Below are positions 1 through 8,839 of a stretch of DNA of 64,000 nt, piece after piece (the stretch's first letter is position 1; each line of letters starts with the position of its first letter). The position numbers and the translations under genes were made by a program. The DNA lies in the NCBI GenBank assembly GCA_910584035.1, contig CAJTZR010000001.1, forward strand, positions 1,576 to 65,575, read 5' to 3'. Below the pieces are notes generated by a model. It made no database searches. It saw only the letters and a program-made list of their open reading frames with translations, and was not told the origin of the DNA. The stretch comes from an uncultured Christensenella sp. Its GTDB lineage: Bacteria; Bacillota; Clostridia; Christensenellales; UBA3700.

Positions 1-1
1 T

Positions 2-745
2 GAAAAAGGAATATCCAAGATAGGTATAAAATTTGCACAAGGCTATTCTGATACTACTTTTACAACTGGATATACTGCAAATAATAGTGGTGTAAATCCT
101 AATAAATATTTCTTTAATGATGATGGTGCGTATATGGCTATTGTTAGAGAGAATGAGCTACGCTTTGAAAAAACTATTGAAAGTGGCAAATATGACTTTG
201 TATATTTAGAGAATGATTTGCGTAAAGCTTATACTGAAACTGGTTTTGTACATACAAAAAATGATTTTGATAAAAGTCAATTAGTAAATGATAAAAAAGT
301 AGTTTTGGGAAAAATATCACCTAATACAAGCGTAAATGAATTTATAGGTAATTTAAATTTCGCAAGCAATATGTTAAAGTTGTATAACAATGATAATTTG
401 ATATACAACAAGGGTGAACAAACACAATATAGCTCATTGTATGATAATGGCTTAGAGTTAGCAGTTGGAACTGGTTGGAAACTTGAGGTTTATGCAAGTA
501 GTGGGAATAAGATAGAGGATATTTATTTATCTGTACTAGGCGACATAACTGGTGATGGTAAGGTAAATGCAGCAGATTGTAACTATTTGAGGAAAATAGT
601 AGTTAATAATGAGTTTAGTACATTGACAGCGGAACAAAAGCTATCTGCATTAATCGTAAATAGAGGTAGAACACCAAACAATACAGACATACAAATTATA
701 TGGGAAGTAGTTTGTGGCAGAGTAGATATTAATGACTTTATTTGA
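2..745 (+). CDS. 3' part of a larger secreted/surface protein gene (5' end lies upstream of the window), ending in a dockerin-like Ca-binding repeat
   Basis: Frame 2 is open from base 2 to the TGA at 743-745, so track ORF 134..745 is only the Met-initiated tail. GDITGDGKVNAADCNYLRKIV resembles a dockerin/EF-hand-like repeat. A hairpin terminator follows at 956-989. Confidence 0.6.
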   Translation, partial: EKGISKIGIKFAQGYSDTTFTTGYTANNSGVNPNKYFFNDDGAYMAIVRENELRFEKTIESGKYDFVYLENDLRKAYTETGFVHTKNDFDKSQLVNDKKVVLGKISPNTSVNEFIGNLNFASNMLKLYNNDNLIYNKGEQTQYSSLYDNGLELAVGTGWKLEVYASSGNKIEDIYLSVLGDITGDGKVNAADCNYLRKIVVNNEFSTLTAEQKLSALIVNRGRTPNNTDIQIIWEVVCGRVDINDFI

Positions 746-769
746 TAAATTGTAATTTTAAAGTTACGA

Positions 770-809
770 AACCATTAAGTCAAATAAAAAACCATTAAGT
801 CAAATAAAT
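770..809. repeat. Two tandem copies of a 20-nt unit (AACCATTAAGTCAAATAAAA / AACCATTAAGTCAAATAAAT)
   Basis: Read directly: 770-789 and 790-809 differ only at the last base. Located in the 3' spacer of the surface-protein gene. Confidence 0.9.
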
Positions 810-955
810 ATAGTCAGTATGTATTTTATTTGTGTTAAAGATGTTATCATCAAACAAATAGTTAATAAAATAGATATATAACAATAGCTATAGCTGAATT
901 TTATTTAAATACATATTTAAATTTTAAGTTGTAAAAAATAATTGTAATAAAGCAA

Positions 956-989
956 GCAAGGTGACGAATTTTCGTCACCTTGCTGTTTT
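956..989 (+). terminator. Rho-independent terminator
   Basis: GCAAGGTGACGAA-TT-TTCGTCACCTTGC perfect 13-bp stem followed by TGTTTT. Confidence 0.7.
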
Positions 990-1288
990 AGCCATTTTTA
1001 CACTAAAAATATATTGAAATTACAATTTAATTAATAAGTTTTTAAGCGTTATTTAGTAGATTTTAGATTTTAAAAATAAGCTTAAAGTGTTTAATAAATT
1101 CTATTTAAAATACAAAATTAATGTAATATATTTATATCCAAACAACTCAAATGCAAAATGTTTTTTTAGAGCATATACTAAAAGATTACTTTTAAACTTG
1201 TTTGAATTTTATATTTTACAAATTAAAACAAGTAAGAAAAAAGATAATTTTATATTATACTTTTATTAAATTGCAAATTTATAGTGCT

Positions 1289-2584
1289 TTATTTTGCAAG
1301 CAATTCAATTGCTTTAACATAAATATCATACATTTTTTGCAAGTCGGTAACTTTTGCACGCTCATTTTTTTGGTGAATTGTAGATTCTTGATTTGGGAAA
1401 ATCGGACCAAAAGCCACTGCAGTAGGCAATGCTCTTGCATAAGTTCCACCACCAATAGTAATAGGTTGTAGCTTTTCACCAGTGACACTTTCATATGCTT
1501 CAAGTAAGCTTGTGCAAAGTGGGTGGTCGGGTGCTATATATAGTGGATTGTGGAAAAAGCCATATTCCACAGTGCCGTTTGAAAATGTTTTTGTTAGCTT
1601 TTCAAATAATTGCTCTCTTGTAATGCAAAGAGGGTGTCTTATATCTAAGCTGAAAGTAATACCCTCACTATCACTAGTGATTGTTCCAACATTTATTGTT
1701 AGTTTACCGCTTATTTTGTCCTCGCATTTAATGTTATAGCCACTGCCGTCAGTGTTGCAGATTATATCTGCTAAGTTTTTTGCATTTCTGTCGTAATTGC
1801 CAAATAGTCTTAAAATTTTCCAAAATGCATTGTCACCAATTTGAGGGGAACTGCCGTGTGCAGACTTGCCATAAGCAGTGATAGTGTTGCCGTCAATTAT
1901 GACATTTTTGTCTGTGTTTTGATAGCTTTGTAAAGTTTTTGCCATTTCGTTATTAACAACGCAAACAACTTTATCCATAACCATATTAGCTCTTTCACCA
2001 CCATTAATTGAAAGCAAATAAGATGGTTTTTTCATATGCACAGAAAAATATGCAACACCTTTTTCGCAGTTGATTACTGGAAAATCTCCGTCTGGAGTAA
2101 AGGCGATTGTAGGTATTTCCTCAAGTTCGCAATATTTATCTATGCAAAGCCAACCAGACTCCTCATCGCAACCAAAGATTATACGGATACGTTTATTTGG
2201 TACAAAACCATTGTCTACAAGTTGTTTTGTTGCAAATAGAGTAGCCATTATAGGACCTTTGTCATCAAGTACACCTCTGCCACAAAGATAACCATCAATT
2301 ATCTCGCCAGAAAGTGTAGGTATATCCCAATCATTGCCAAAAGGTACAGTGTCTAAGTGGCCTAAAATGCCAAGTAGCTCCTCCCCATTACCAATTTCCG
2401 CCCAGCCATAGTAGCCATTACCATAATATGTCTTAAAACCTAAGTTTTCTGCAATGCGTAATGCTTTCCTTAAGCAATCGTCTACGCCGATTCCGAATGG
2501 TTTGCCGTCAATACTTTTACTTTCCACACTATTTATTTTTATTAGCTCAGATGTAGCCTTTAAATACTCGTCAAAATAATTCAT
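1289..2584 (-). CDS. pepV: M20-family dipeptidase, PepV/Sapep-like
   Basis: 431 aa. M20 metal/catalytic motifs: GHLDTVP, GRGVLDDKGP, FGCDEESGW. The C-terminal IGGGTYAR...VAFGP block is typical of PepV. RBS AGAGGT lies upstream of the ATG. Confidence 0.75.
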   Translation of the reverse strand: MNYFDEYLKATSELIKINSVESKSIDGKPFGIGVDDCLRKALRIAENLGFKTYYGNGYYGWAEIGNGEELLGILGHLDTVPFGNDWDIPTLSGEIIDGYLCGRGVLDDKGPIMATLFATKQLVDNGFVPNKRIRIIFGCDEESGWLCIDKYCELEEIPTIAFTPDGDFPVINCEKGVAYFSVHMKKPSYLLSINGGERANMVMDKVVCVVNNEMAKTLQSYQNTDKNVIIDGNTITAYGKSAHGSSPQIGDNAFWKILRLFGNYDRNAKNLADIICNTDGSGYNIKCEDKISGKLTINVGTITSDSEGITFSLDIRHPLCITREQLFEKLTKTFSNGTVEYGFFHNPLYIAPDHPLCTSLLEAYESVTGEKLQPITIGGGTYARALPTAVAFGPIFPNQESTIHQKNERAKVTDLQKMYDIYVKAIELLAK

Positions 2585-2839
2585 AATTACCTCTAAAAAA
2601 TTAATATGTTTTGTTTAAATTAATAATAACAAACAAGTTATTTATTATAAGATTAGTTACAAAAAAACATAAAAATTTAAAATTAATTTCAATTTATTTA
2701 TAATATATATCATTATTATATACTAAATTTAAATAAATGAGAACTAATTTAAAACAAAATAATATAAAACATTGCAAAATTATATAAGTATGTGCTATAA
2801 TATGTAAGAGTAATCTTATTTTACTATTAGAGGTGAAAT

Positions 2840-3607
2840 ATGGCAATACACGATGGTCATAGAAATAGAATGCGACAACGTATAGAAAAGGACGGAATTG
2901 AGAGTTTGCAAGAACACGAGATTCTGGAATATTTGTTATATGCCGTTGTTCCCAGAAAAGATACGAACGAACTTGCACATAAAATAATTGAGATATGTGG
3001 CAACCTAAATGGCGTATTTGACCAATCAGTTGAAAGATTACAGAAAATAGAGGGTGTAACATACAATATGGCGATATTCTTGTCAAGTATGAGCGGTATT
3101 ATACGCAGGTATTTGTTACTTGAAGAAAGCGGAATCAATATTGCAAATGTTCAAGAATGCGTTAAAATTATGCGACCAATTTTTGAAACGCTTAAGTATG
3201 AGGAAATGCATATGTTATTAGGCAATTCAAAAGGAAGGTACTTAAAGCGAGTTTTGGTTTCAAAAGGTAGTGCAAGTGAAGTTCATTGTAATGTACGTGA
3301 TTTAGTTGATATTGCTTTAAGAAACAATGCTTCAAGAGTGGTAATTATACACAATCATCCGTCAAATCATCCACAACCTTCGTTTGCAGATGACTTGTTG
3401 ACAGAAAAGATATTTATGGCATTTAATATGATAGGTATAAAATTTCAAGACCATATAATTGTAACCAAAGATGGCTACTTTTCTTATTCAGAAAATGGTG
3501 TATTAACAGATATGAGTAATGGTTTAGTAACCTTTCAACAAGGCACAATAGGTCGATTGCAGTATGTGCCTACACCTAAACAGCAGTTAGATATGTCCGA
3601 TTATTAA
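2840..3607 (+). CDS. radC: RadC-like JAB/MPN-domain protein (UPF0758)
   Basis: 255 aa. The N-terminal HRNRMRQRIEKDG...LLEYLL and the JAB signature HNHPSNHPQPSFAD are typical of RadC. RBS GAGGTG. Confidence 0.75.
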   Translation: MAIHDGHRNRMRQRIEKDGIESLQEHEILEYLLYAVVPRKDTNELAHKIIEICGNLNGVFDQSVERLQKIEGVTYNMAIFLSSMSGIIRRYLLLEESGINIANVQECVKIMRPIFETLKYEEMHMLLGNSKGRYLKRVLVSKGSASEVHCNVRDLVDIALRNNASRVVIIHNHPSNHPQPSFADDLLTEKIFMAFNMIGIKFQDHIIVTKDGYFSYSENGVLTDMSNGLVTFQQGTIGRLQYVPTPKQQLDMSDY

Positions 3608-3659
3608 AAAATAAAGAATAGATAAAGATAGAATATTTGAGAATTTAAGGAGCGAGTAT

Positions 3660-5096
3660 ATGGAGATTAGAACAAGATTTGCACCAAGTCCTACTGGTTT
3701 TATGCACGTAGGAAATTTAAGGACTTGTTTATATGGTTATCTTTTTGCTAAAAAGAATAACGGCAAATTTATTTTAAGAATAGAGGACACTGACCAAGAA
3801 AGATATGTTGAGGGTGCGGTGGAAACAATATATAAAACATTACAAAAAGCGGGGATTGTTCACGATGAGGGACCAGATAAGGACGGCGGAGTTGGACCTT
3901 ATATCCAAAGTGAAAGAAAGGCAATTTACCTAGAGTATGCTAAAAAGTTGGTTGAATTAGGCGGTGCGTACTATTGTTTTTGCGATAAAGAGAGATTGGA
4001 TAGCCTTGCTGGCGAAAATGGTATAAAAAAATATGATAAACATTGCTTGAATTTATCTAAAGCTGAGGTGCAAGCAAAACTAGATAGTGGCGAGCCATAT
4101 GTAATAAGACAAAATATCCCTCAAGAGGGTGTATCTTCTTACATAGATATGGTTTTTGGTGAGATTAGCGTGCCAAATTGTGATATGGAAGACGGCATTT
4201 TGATTAAAAGTGATGGTATGCCTACATATAACTTTGCAAATGTTGTTGATGACCATCTAATGAAAATAAGTCACGTTATACGTGGTATGGAATATTTGTC
4301 AAGCACACCTAAGTATAACTTGATGTATGATGCTTTTGGTTGGGAAAGACCGCAATATATGCACTTGCCACCTATTATGAGAGATGCAACACATAAGCTT
4401 TCAAAAAGGCACGGCGATGCAAACTTTGAGGACTTTTTGGAAAAGGGTTATCTAGTACCTGCTATTGTAAACTACATAGCACTTTTGGGTTGGGCACCTA
4501 GTGATAATAGAGAAAAAATGTCAATGGCAGAGCTTATGGATGCCTTTGATGTTAAAGGAATTAGTAAGAGCGGCAGTATTTTGGACGAGGCAAAAATGAA
4601 ATGGTTAAATTCTCAATATATCAAGGAGTTGAGTGTTGAGAAATTTGTAGCACTTGCAAAACCATTCTTTGAGCAAAGTAAGGCTGCTGGCAAGTATGAT
4701 TATAATAAACTTGCGGTGCTATTAATTCCAAGACTGGAAATTTTGAGTGATATACCTAGCAAAATAGACTTTTTAGAGGAATTTGAGGGTTACGACTTAG
4801 AGCTTTACGAAAACAAAAAGAACAAAATGGACAAGCAGATTGCTATTGAAATTTTGGAAAAGAGTATTCCGTTATTTGAGGACACAAGCGATTTTAGTGA
4901 GGAAAACTTGCAAAACATTATTGCAAATATAATTGAGCAAGGCGGATATAAAAAGGGACAAGTATTTTTGACAATTAGGCTTGCTTTGACTGGGGCTCAA
5001 ATGACACCAGGCGGTGCGACTGAAATGGCGGACTTGTTAGGCAAGGCTGAAAGTATGCGTAGACTAAAATACAGTTTGAACTACTTAAAGGGGTGA
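3660..5096 (+). CDS. gltX: Glutamate--tRNA ligase
   Basis: 478 aa. RFAPSPTGFMHVGNLRT (HIGH-type motif) and KLSKRHG (KMSKS-type motif). RBS AAGGAG. Confidence 0.95.
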   Translation: MEIRTRFAPSPTGFMHVGNLRTCLYGYLFAKKNNGKFILRIEDTDQERYVEGAVETIYKTLQKAGIVHDEGPDKDGGVGPYIQSERKAIYLEYAKKLVELGGAYYCFCDKERLDSLAGENGIKKYDKHCLNLSKAEVQAKLDSGEPYVIRQNIPQEGVSSYIDMVFGEISVPNCDMEDGILIKSDGMPTYNFANVVDDHLMKISHVIRGMEYLSSTPKYNLMYDAFGWERPQYMHLPPIMRDATHKLSKRHGDANFEDFLEKGYLVPAIVNYIALLGWAPSDNREKMSMAELMDAFDVKGISKSGSILDEAKMKWLNSQYIKELSVEKFVALAKPFFEQSKAAGKYDYNKLAVLLIPRLEILSDIPSKIDFLEEFEGYDLELYENKKNKMDKQIAIEILEKSIPLFEDTSDFSEENLQNIIANIIEQGGYKKGQVFLTIRLALTGAQMTPGGATEMADLLGKAESMRRLKYSLNYLKG

Positions 5097-5098
5097 AT

Positions 5099-5500
5099 AT
5101 GAAAGGATATTTACCTATTACAAAACCATATCTTACTGAAAAGGAAATATTGGGACTTAATCCGTTGGTGCTTGCATTTGTAGGGGATAGCGTGCAACAG
5201 CTTATGGTGCGTACAAAACTTGCTTGCAATACTACCGCCAAAGCGGGGGAGTTGCATAAACTACAAGCCGAACAAATTAAGGCATCTGCACAAGCAAAGT
5301 ATATGGATGAGATAATGTCTATTTTGACAGAAGAAGAAATTGCCGTATTTAAGCGTGCAAGGAATAGTCATATGAACACCATAGCAAAAAATGCAACCAT
5401 TGCAGACTACAAAAAGGCGAGTGGCTTTGAGGCAGTAATTGGGTATCTTTATTTGCTTGGTAAAAACGAAAGATTGCAAGAGTTGTTTGAAAAAATTTAA
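5099..5500 (+). CDS. mrnC: Mini-ribonuclease III
   Basis: LAFVGDSV...ELHKLQ...NSHMNT...YKKASGFEAVIGYLYL are typical of Mini-III. I prefer the ATG at 5099 (AAAGGGG about 6 nt upstream) over the track's GTG at 5093. The position after gltX matches the Bacillus gene order. Confidence 0.8.
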   Translation: MKGYLPITKPYLTEKEILGLNPLVLAFVGDSVQQLMVRTKLACNTTAKAGELHKLQAEQIKASAQAKYMDEIMSILTEEEIAVFKRARNSHMNTIAKNATIADYKKASGFEAVIGYLYLLGKNERLQELFEKI

Positions 5501-5573
5501 GAGAATAATAAGTTTAAATGGATATTTAAGCTGTATTATGGCAAAATAATAACAAAAATATGTAGGAGGCAAT

Positions 5574-6404
5574 ATGAGTAAGGCTGATGAAATTTTTATC
5601 CAAAATATGAAAGACATTTTGAATAATGGCGTTTGGGATACAAATTTACCAGTGCGTCCAAAGTGGAGCGATGGAACACCTGCACATACAGTAAAAAAGT
5701 TTGGTATAGTTAATAGATATAATTTGCAAGAAGAATTCCCTATTTTGACAATAAGGAAAACCTTTTTTAAATCTTGCGTGGACGAGCTTTTGTGGATATG
5801 GCAGAAAAAAAGTAATAATATCAAAGATTTAAACTCAAAGATTTGGAACCAATGGGCAGACGAAAATGGCTCAATAGGTAAAGCATATGGCTATCAATTG
5901 GGTGTTAAACATTTGTATCGTGAGGGCGAGTTTGACCAAGTTGATAGAGTTCTTTATGATTTAAAAAATAATCCGTCAAGTCGCAGAATAATGACAAACA
6001 TTTATAATTTTGCTGATTTGCACGAAATGAACTTATATCCTTGTGCATATTCAATGACATTTAATGTCTCTGGTGATACTTTAAATGGTATTTTAAATCA
6101 ACGTTCTAACGATATGCTTACTGCAAATAACTGGAATGTTGTACAATATGCAATTTTGCTTATTATGTTTGCTCAAGTATCTGGCTTGAAAGTTGGTGAA
6201 CTTGTTCACGTTATAGCAGATGCTCATATTTATGATAGACACATACCTATGGTTGAGGACATAATTGGTCAAAAGCAGTTTACTGCTCCAAAACTTGAGG
6301 TGGACACAAGTATTAAAAACTTTTATGATTTTACTGTTGATAGTTTTAAATTAATTGATTATAACTGCAATGATAAAAAATATGAAATACCAGTTGCAGA
6401 GTAA
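5574..6404 (+). CDS. thyA: Thymidylate synthase (ThyA type)
   Basis: 276 aa. SRRIMTNIYN...LYPCAYSMTFNV (active-site Cys region) and NQRSNDM. RBS AGGAGG. Confidence 0.9.
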   Translation: MSKADEIFIQNMKDILNNGVWDTNLPVRPKWSDGTPAHTVKKFGIVNRYNLQEEFPILTIRKTFFKSCVDELLWIWQKKSNNIKDLNSKIWNQWADENGSIGKAYGYQLGVKHLYREGEFDQVDRVLYDLKNNPSSRRIMTNIYNFADLHEMNLYPCAYSMTFNVSGDTLNGILNQRSNDMLTANNWNVVQYAILLIMFAQVSGLKVGELVHVIADAHIYDRHIPMVEDIIGQKQFTAPKLEVDTSIKNFYDFTVDSFKLIDYNCNDKKYEIPVAE

Positions 6405-6412
6405 GGATATAA

Positions 6413-6913
6413 ATGAGAGCAATTTTACACATAGACAAAGAATGGGGAATTGGTAAAAATAATGATTTAATGTTTTCTATTCCTCTAGATATGAAATTTT
6501 TTAGGGAAACAACAATAAATAAGGTTGTCGTAATGGGAAATAATACTTTGAAATCTTTTCCAAATGGAGCACCACTTAAAAATAGGGTTAATATTGTATT
6601 ATCCCGCAGTGCTGATAACAAAGATTGTATTATGGTTAAATCACTAGACGAATTATTTGTTGAACTGAAAAAATATGATACGAATGATATATATGTCATT
6701 GGTGGGGCAAGTATTTATAAGGCATTGTTACCATATTGTAGTGAAGTATTAGTAACAAAAGTTAATGCAATTGGTGGTGCAGATACTTTTTTTGAAAATC
6801 TAGATAATAATAAAGACTTTTCATTAATTTATGAAAGCGAACCATTGGAAACAAATGGTTATACTATACAATTTACTACATACAAAAATACAGCTTTAAA
6901 AGAGATTTTATAA
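6413..6913 (+). CDS. folA: Dihydrofolate reductase
   Basis: 166 aa. WGIGKNNDLMFSIPLDMKFFRETT and VIGGASIY motifs. Immediately downstream of thyA. Confidence 0.9.
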   Translation: MRAILHIDKEWGIGKNNDLMFSIPLDMKFFRETTINKVVVMGNNTLKSFPNGAPLKNRVNIVLSRSADNKDCIMVKSLDELFVELKKYDTNDIYVIGGASIYKALLPYCSEVLVTKVNAIGGADTFFENLDNNKDFSLIYESEPLETNGYTIQFTTYKNTALKEIL

Positions 6914-7006
6914 AATAAATTCAATTTTAGTTTAATGATTAATTAGGTAGTAATGCTTAAGTTGTGGGAAAGTATAATACCATAATAAAGAAAAAGGTAG
7001 ATTAAT

Positions 7007-7726
7007 ATGATTATTGAGGGTAAAAACGCTGTTAAAGAGGCTTTGAAAAGTGGCGTTACAATTTCTGAATTGAAAGTACAAAAAGGTATTCACGACAACG
7101 AAAATTTAGTTGGGCTAGCAAAGGAAAAATGCGTAAAGTTCGCTTTTTATGACAAAGCCAAACTAGATAAATTAAGCGAGAGTAAAAGACATCAAGGCTT
7201 TATAGCAGTTGCATCTGAATTTAAATATTCAACAATTGAGGATATGATTCAGCTTGCAAAACAAAAAAAAGAAAATTTGTTTTTGCTTATTTTAGACGGG
7301 CTTGAGGACCCTCACAATGTAGGTAGTATTTTAAGGGTTGCCGATTGTAGCGGTGTACACGGCGTAGTTGTGGCTAAGCATAGAGCGTGTGCGATTACAG
7401 ATACTGTTGTTAAAATATCTAGCGGTGCAAGCAATTATGTTAAGGTTGCAATGGTTACAAATATTAATGACACTATACGTGAACTTAAGGATAATTTTGT
7501 AACTATACTATGTGCTGAGGCAGACGGCGACAATATGTATAATACAAATATGACTGGCGATATAGCTGTTGTGATAGGCAGTGAGGGGAAAGGTGTTAAA
7601 CCACTTACACGCAAATTGTGTGACAAAGCAATAAGCATACCTATGAAAGGAAATGTAAATTCCTTAAACGCATCAGTTGCAACTGGGGTTATAGCATTTG
7701 AGGTGTTAAGACAAAGAAATAATTGA
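7007..7726 (+). CDS. rlmB: TrmH/SpoU-family 23S rRNA 2'-O-methyltransferase (RlmB/YacO-like)
   Basis: 239 aa. HQGFIA, LDGLEDPHNVGSILR, VIGSEGKGV and LNASVATGV motifs. Confidence 0.8.
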   Translation: MIIEGKNAVKEALKSGVTISELKVQKGIHDNENLVGLAKEKCVKFAFYDKAKLDKLSESKRHQGFIAVASEFKYSTIEDMIQLAKQKKENLFLLILDGLEDPHNVGSILRVADCSGVHGVVVAKHRACAITDTVVKISSGASNYVKVAMVTNINDTIRELKDNFVTILCAEADGDNMYNTNMTGDIAVVIGSEGKGVKPLTRKLCDKAISIPMKGNVNSLNASVATGVIAFEVLRQRNN

Positions 7727-7815
7727 AAAACCATTTGAAAATCGATAGTAAAATGCAAAATTTATACTTTTATAGCGTGAATTTATTGTAAAATAACAAC
7801 TATAGAGGGGTAATT

Positions 7816-8505
7816 ATGAAATTATTAGTTGTGGATAAAAGCGAGGAGCAAAGCGGTAGACTTTGTGGCTTATTTGAAAATTTTGAGGGCGGTGCACAAT
7901 GTAGCATTGTTGATAATATTGACAGAGGTATAGATAATGCTATCGCAAATAAGTATGATTTGATTATTTTAGGTATTACTGAAATCAAGTCAGTTGCTAA
8001 AAACTTTATAACAAAATTAAGGCAAGAATGTGGAACGCCATTAATTGTACTTACACGTGATAATGATGTTACAACAAGAGTTGAGTATTTGAATATTGGT
8101 GCAGATAGTTGTATGAATTACGATGTAAGTGATGAGGAACTTTATGCAGTGGGAGTAGCAATTTTAAGGCGTTTGTATAAAGATTTTGGTGTAAATATTT
8201 ACAAGTTTAAAAATTTGCAAGTTAACTTTTTTGAAAAAACAGTTAAGATTGATGAGGAAAATATAGCAATTGTTGCAAAAATGTATGAACTTTTTGAGTA
8301 TTTAATTAGAAATAAGGAAATCATTTTATCTAAAAATGCTCTATTTAACAGAGTTTGGGGATTTGAGAGTGAAACTACTTTTTCTGTAGTTGAAGTTTAT
8401 GTCAGCAAGCTTAGGAAAATACTTGAGCAAGGTGGCTTGGCTGGACAATTGCTTACTATAAAAAACGCTGGCTATTGTTGGACAGAAAAGGATAGTCAGC
8501 AATAA
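7816..8505 (+). CDS. OmpR/PhoB-family winged-helix regulator with a degenerate (pseudo-)receiver domain
   Basis: 229 aa. The C-terminal FNRVWG...VEVYVSKLRKIL...IKNAGYCW is an OmpR-type wHTH. In my hand alignment to OmpR, the receiver has VVDKS in place of the acidic pair, DLIILG (G53) where the phospho-acceptor Asp is expected, and GADSCMNYDV in place of GADDYxxKPF. No histidine kinase gene is adjacent. Confidence 0.7.
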   Translation: MKLLVVDKSEEQSGRLCGLFENFEGGAQCSIVDNIDRGIDNAIANKYDLIILGITEIKSVAKNFITKLRQECGTPLIVLTRDNDVTTRVEYLNIGADSCMNYDVSDEELYAVGVAILRRLYKDFGVNIYKFKNLQVNFFEKTVKIDEENIAIVAKMYELFEYLIRNKEIILSKNALFNRVWGFESETTFSVVEVYVSKLRKILEQGGLAGQLLTIKNAGYCWTEKDSQQ

Positions 8506-8564
8506 ATAGTTATTATTGGTTGCTATAGCGATTTTGGTAAAAAAGTTTGTTAAGCAATCGAAAA

Positions 8565-8760
8565 TCGGTATTAAATTAAGTCATCCATATATCCCATAAA
8601 CAAGTTATTTTGTGGGGGGCGATAAACACTTGAAAGGGCATTTTGCAGTAACTGATGTTAATTTAAACTGATATTGCTTGTGTAAGCAAGCAGTATTGTA
8701 CGTGAAATATAATATAGATAATAGTTTTTAAATTTAGCTTATTGATTGAGTTTTTAATAC
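8565..8760 (-). repeat. Intergenic repeat family, copy 1 (inverted relative to the other copies, more diverged)
   Basis: The reverse complement reads ...CAGTTACTGCAAAATGCCCTTTCAAGTGTTTATCGCCCCCCACAAAATAACTTGTTTATGGGATATATGGATGACTT... It aligns with 22570-22650 (CAGCTATTGCAAAATACTCTTTCGGGTGCTTATCGGGGTCCCCACAAAATAACTTTTTTGTGGGGTGTATGGATAACTT). Confidence 0.6.
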
Positions 8761-8839
8761 ATTTTACAAAAGTAAAGAATGCGAAATAATTGTCAAAACA
8801 AATTGTCCTTAGTACTTTTTGGTTTTGTAAAGGTGAAAT

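Noticed and set aside
1087-1503. Short ORFs (60, 89 and 74 aa) in or around the spacer before pepV, and 2694..3138 minus-strand ORFs near radC
   Set aside because: They have AT-rich low-complexity translations, lack an RBS, and partly overlap the pepV and radC coding regions or their promoters.
5261-5824. 187-aa minus-strand ORF antisense to mrnC/thyA, and similar antisense ORFs throughout the track
   Set aside because: They lie fully inside strongly supported CDSs on the other strand, have hydrophobic or low-complexity composition typical of antisense frames in AT-rich DNA, and lack an RBS.
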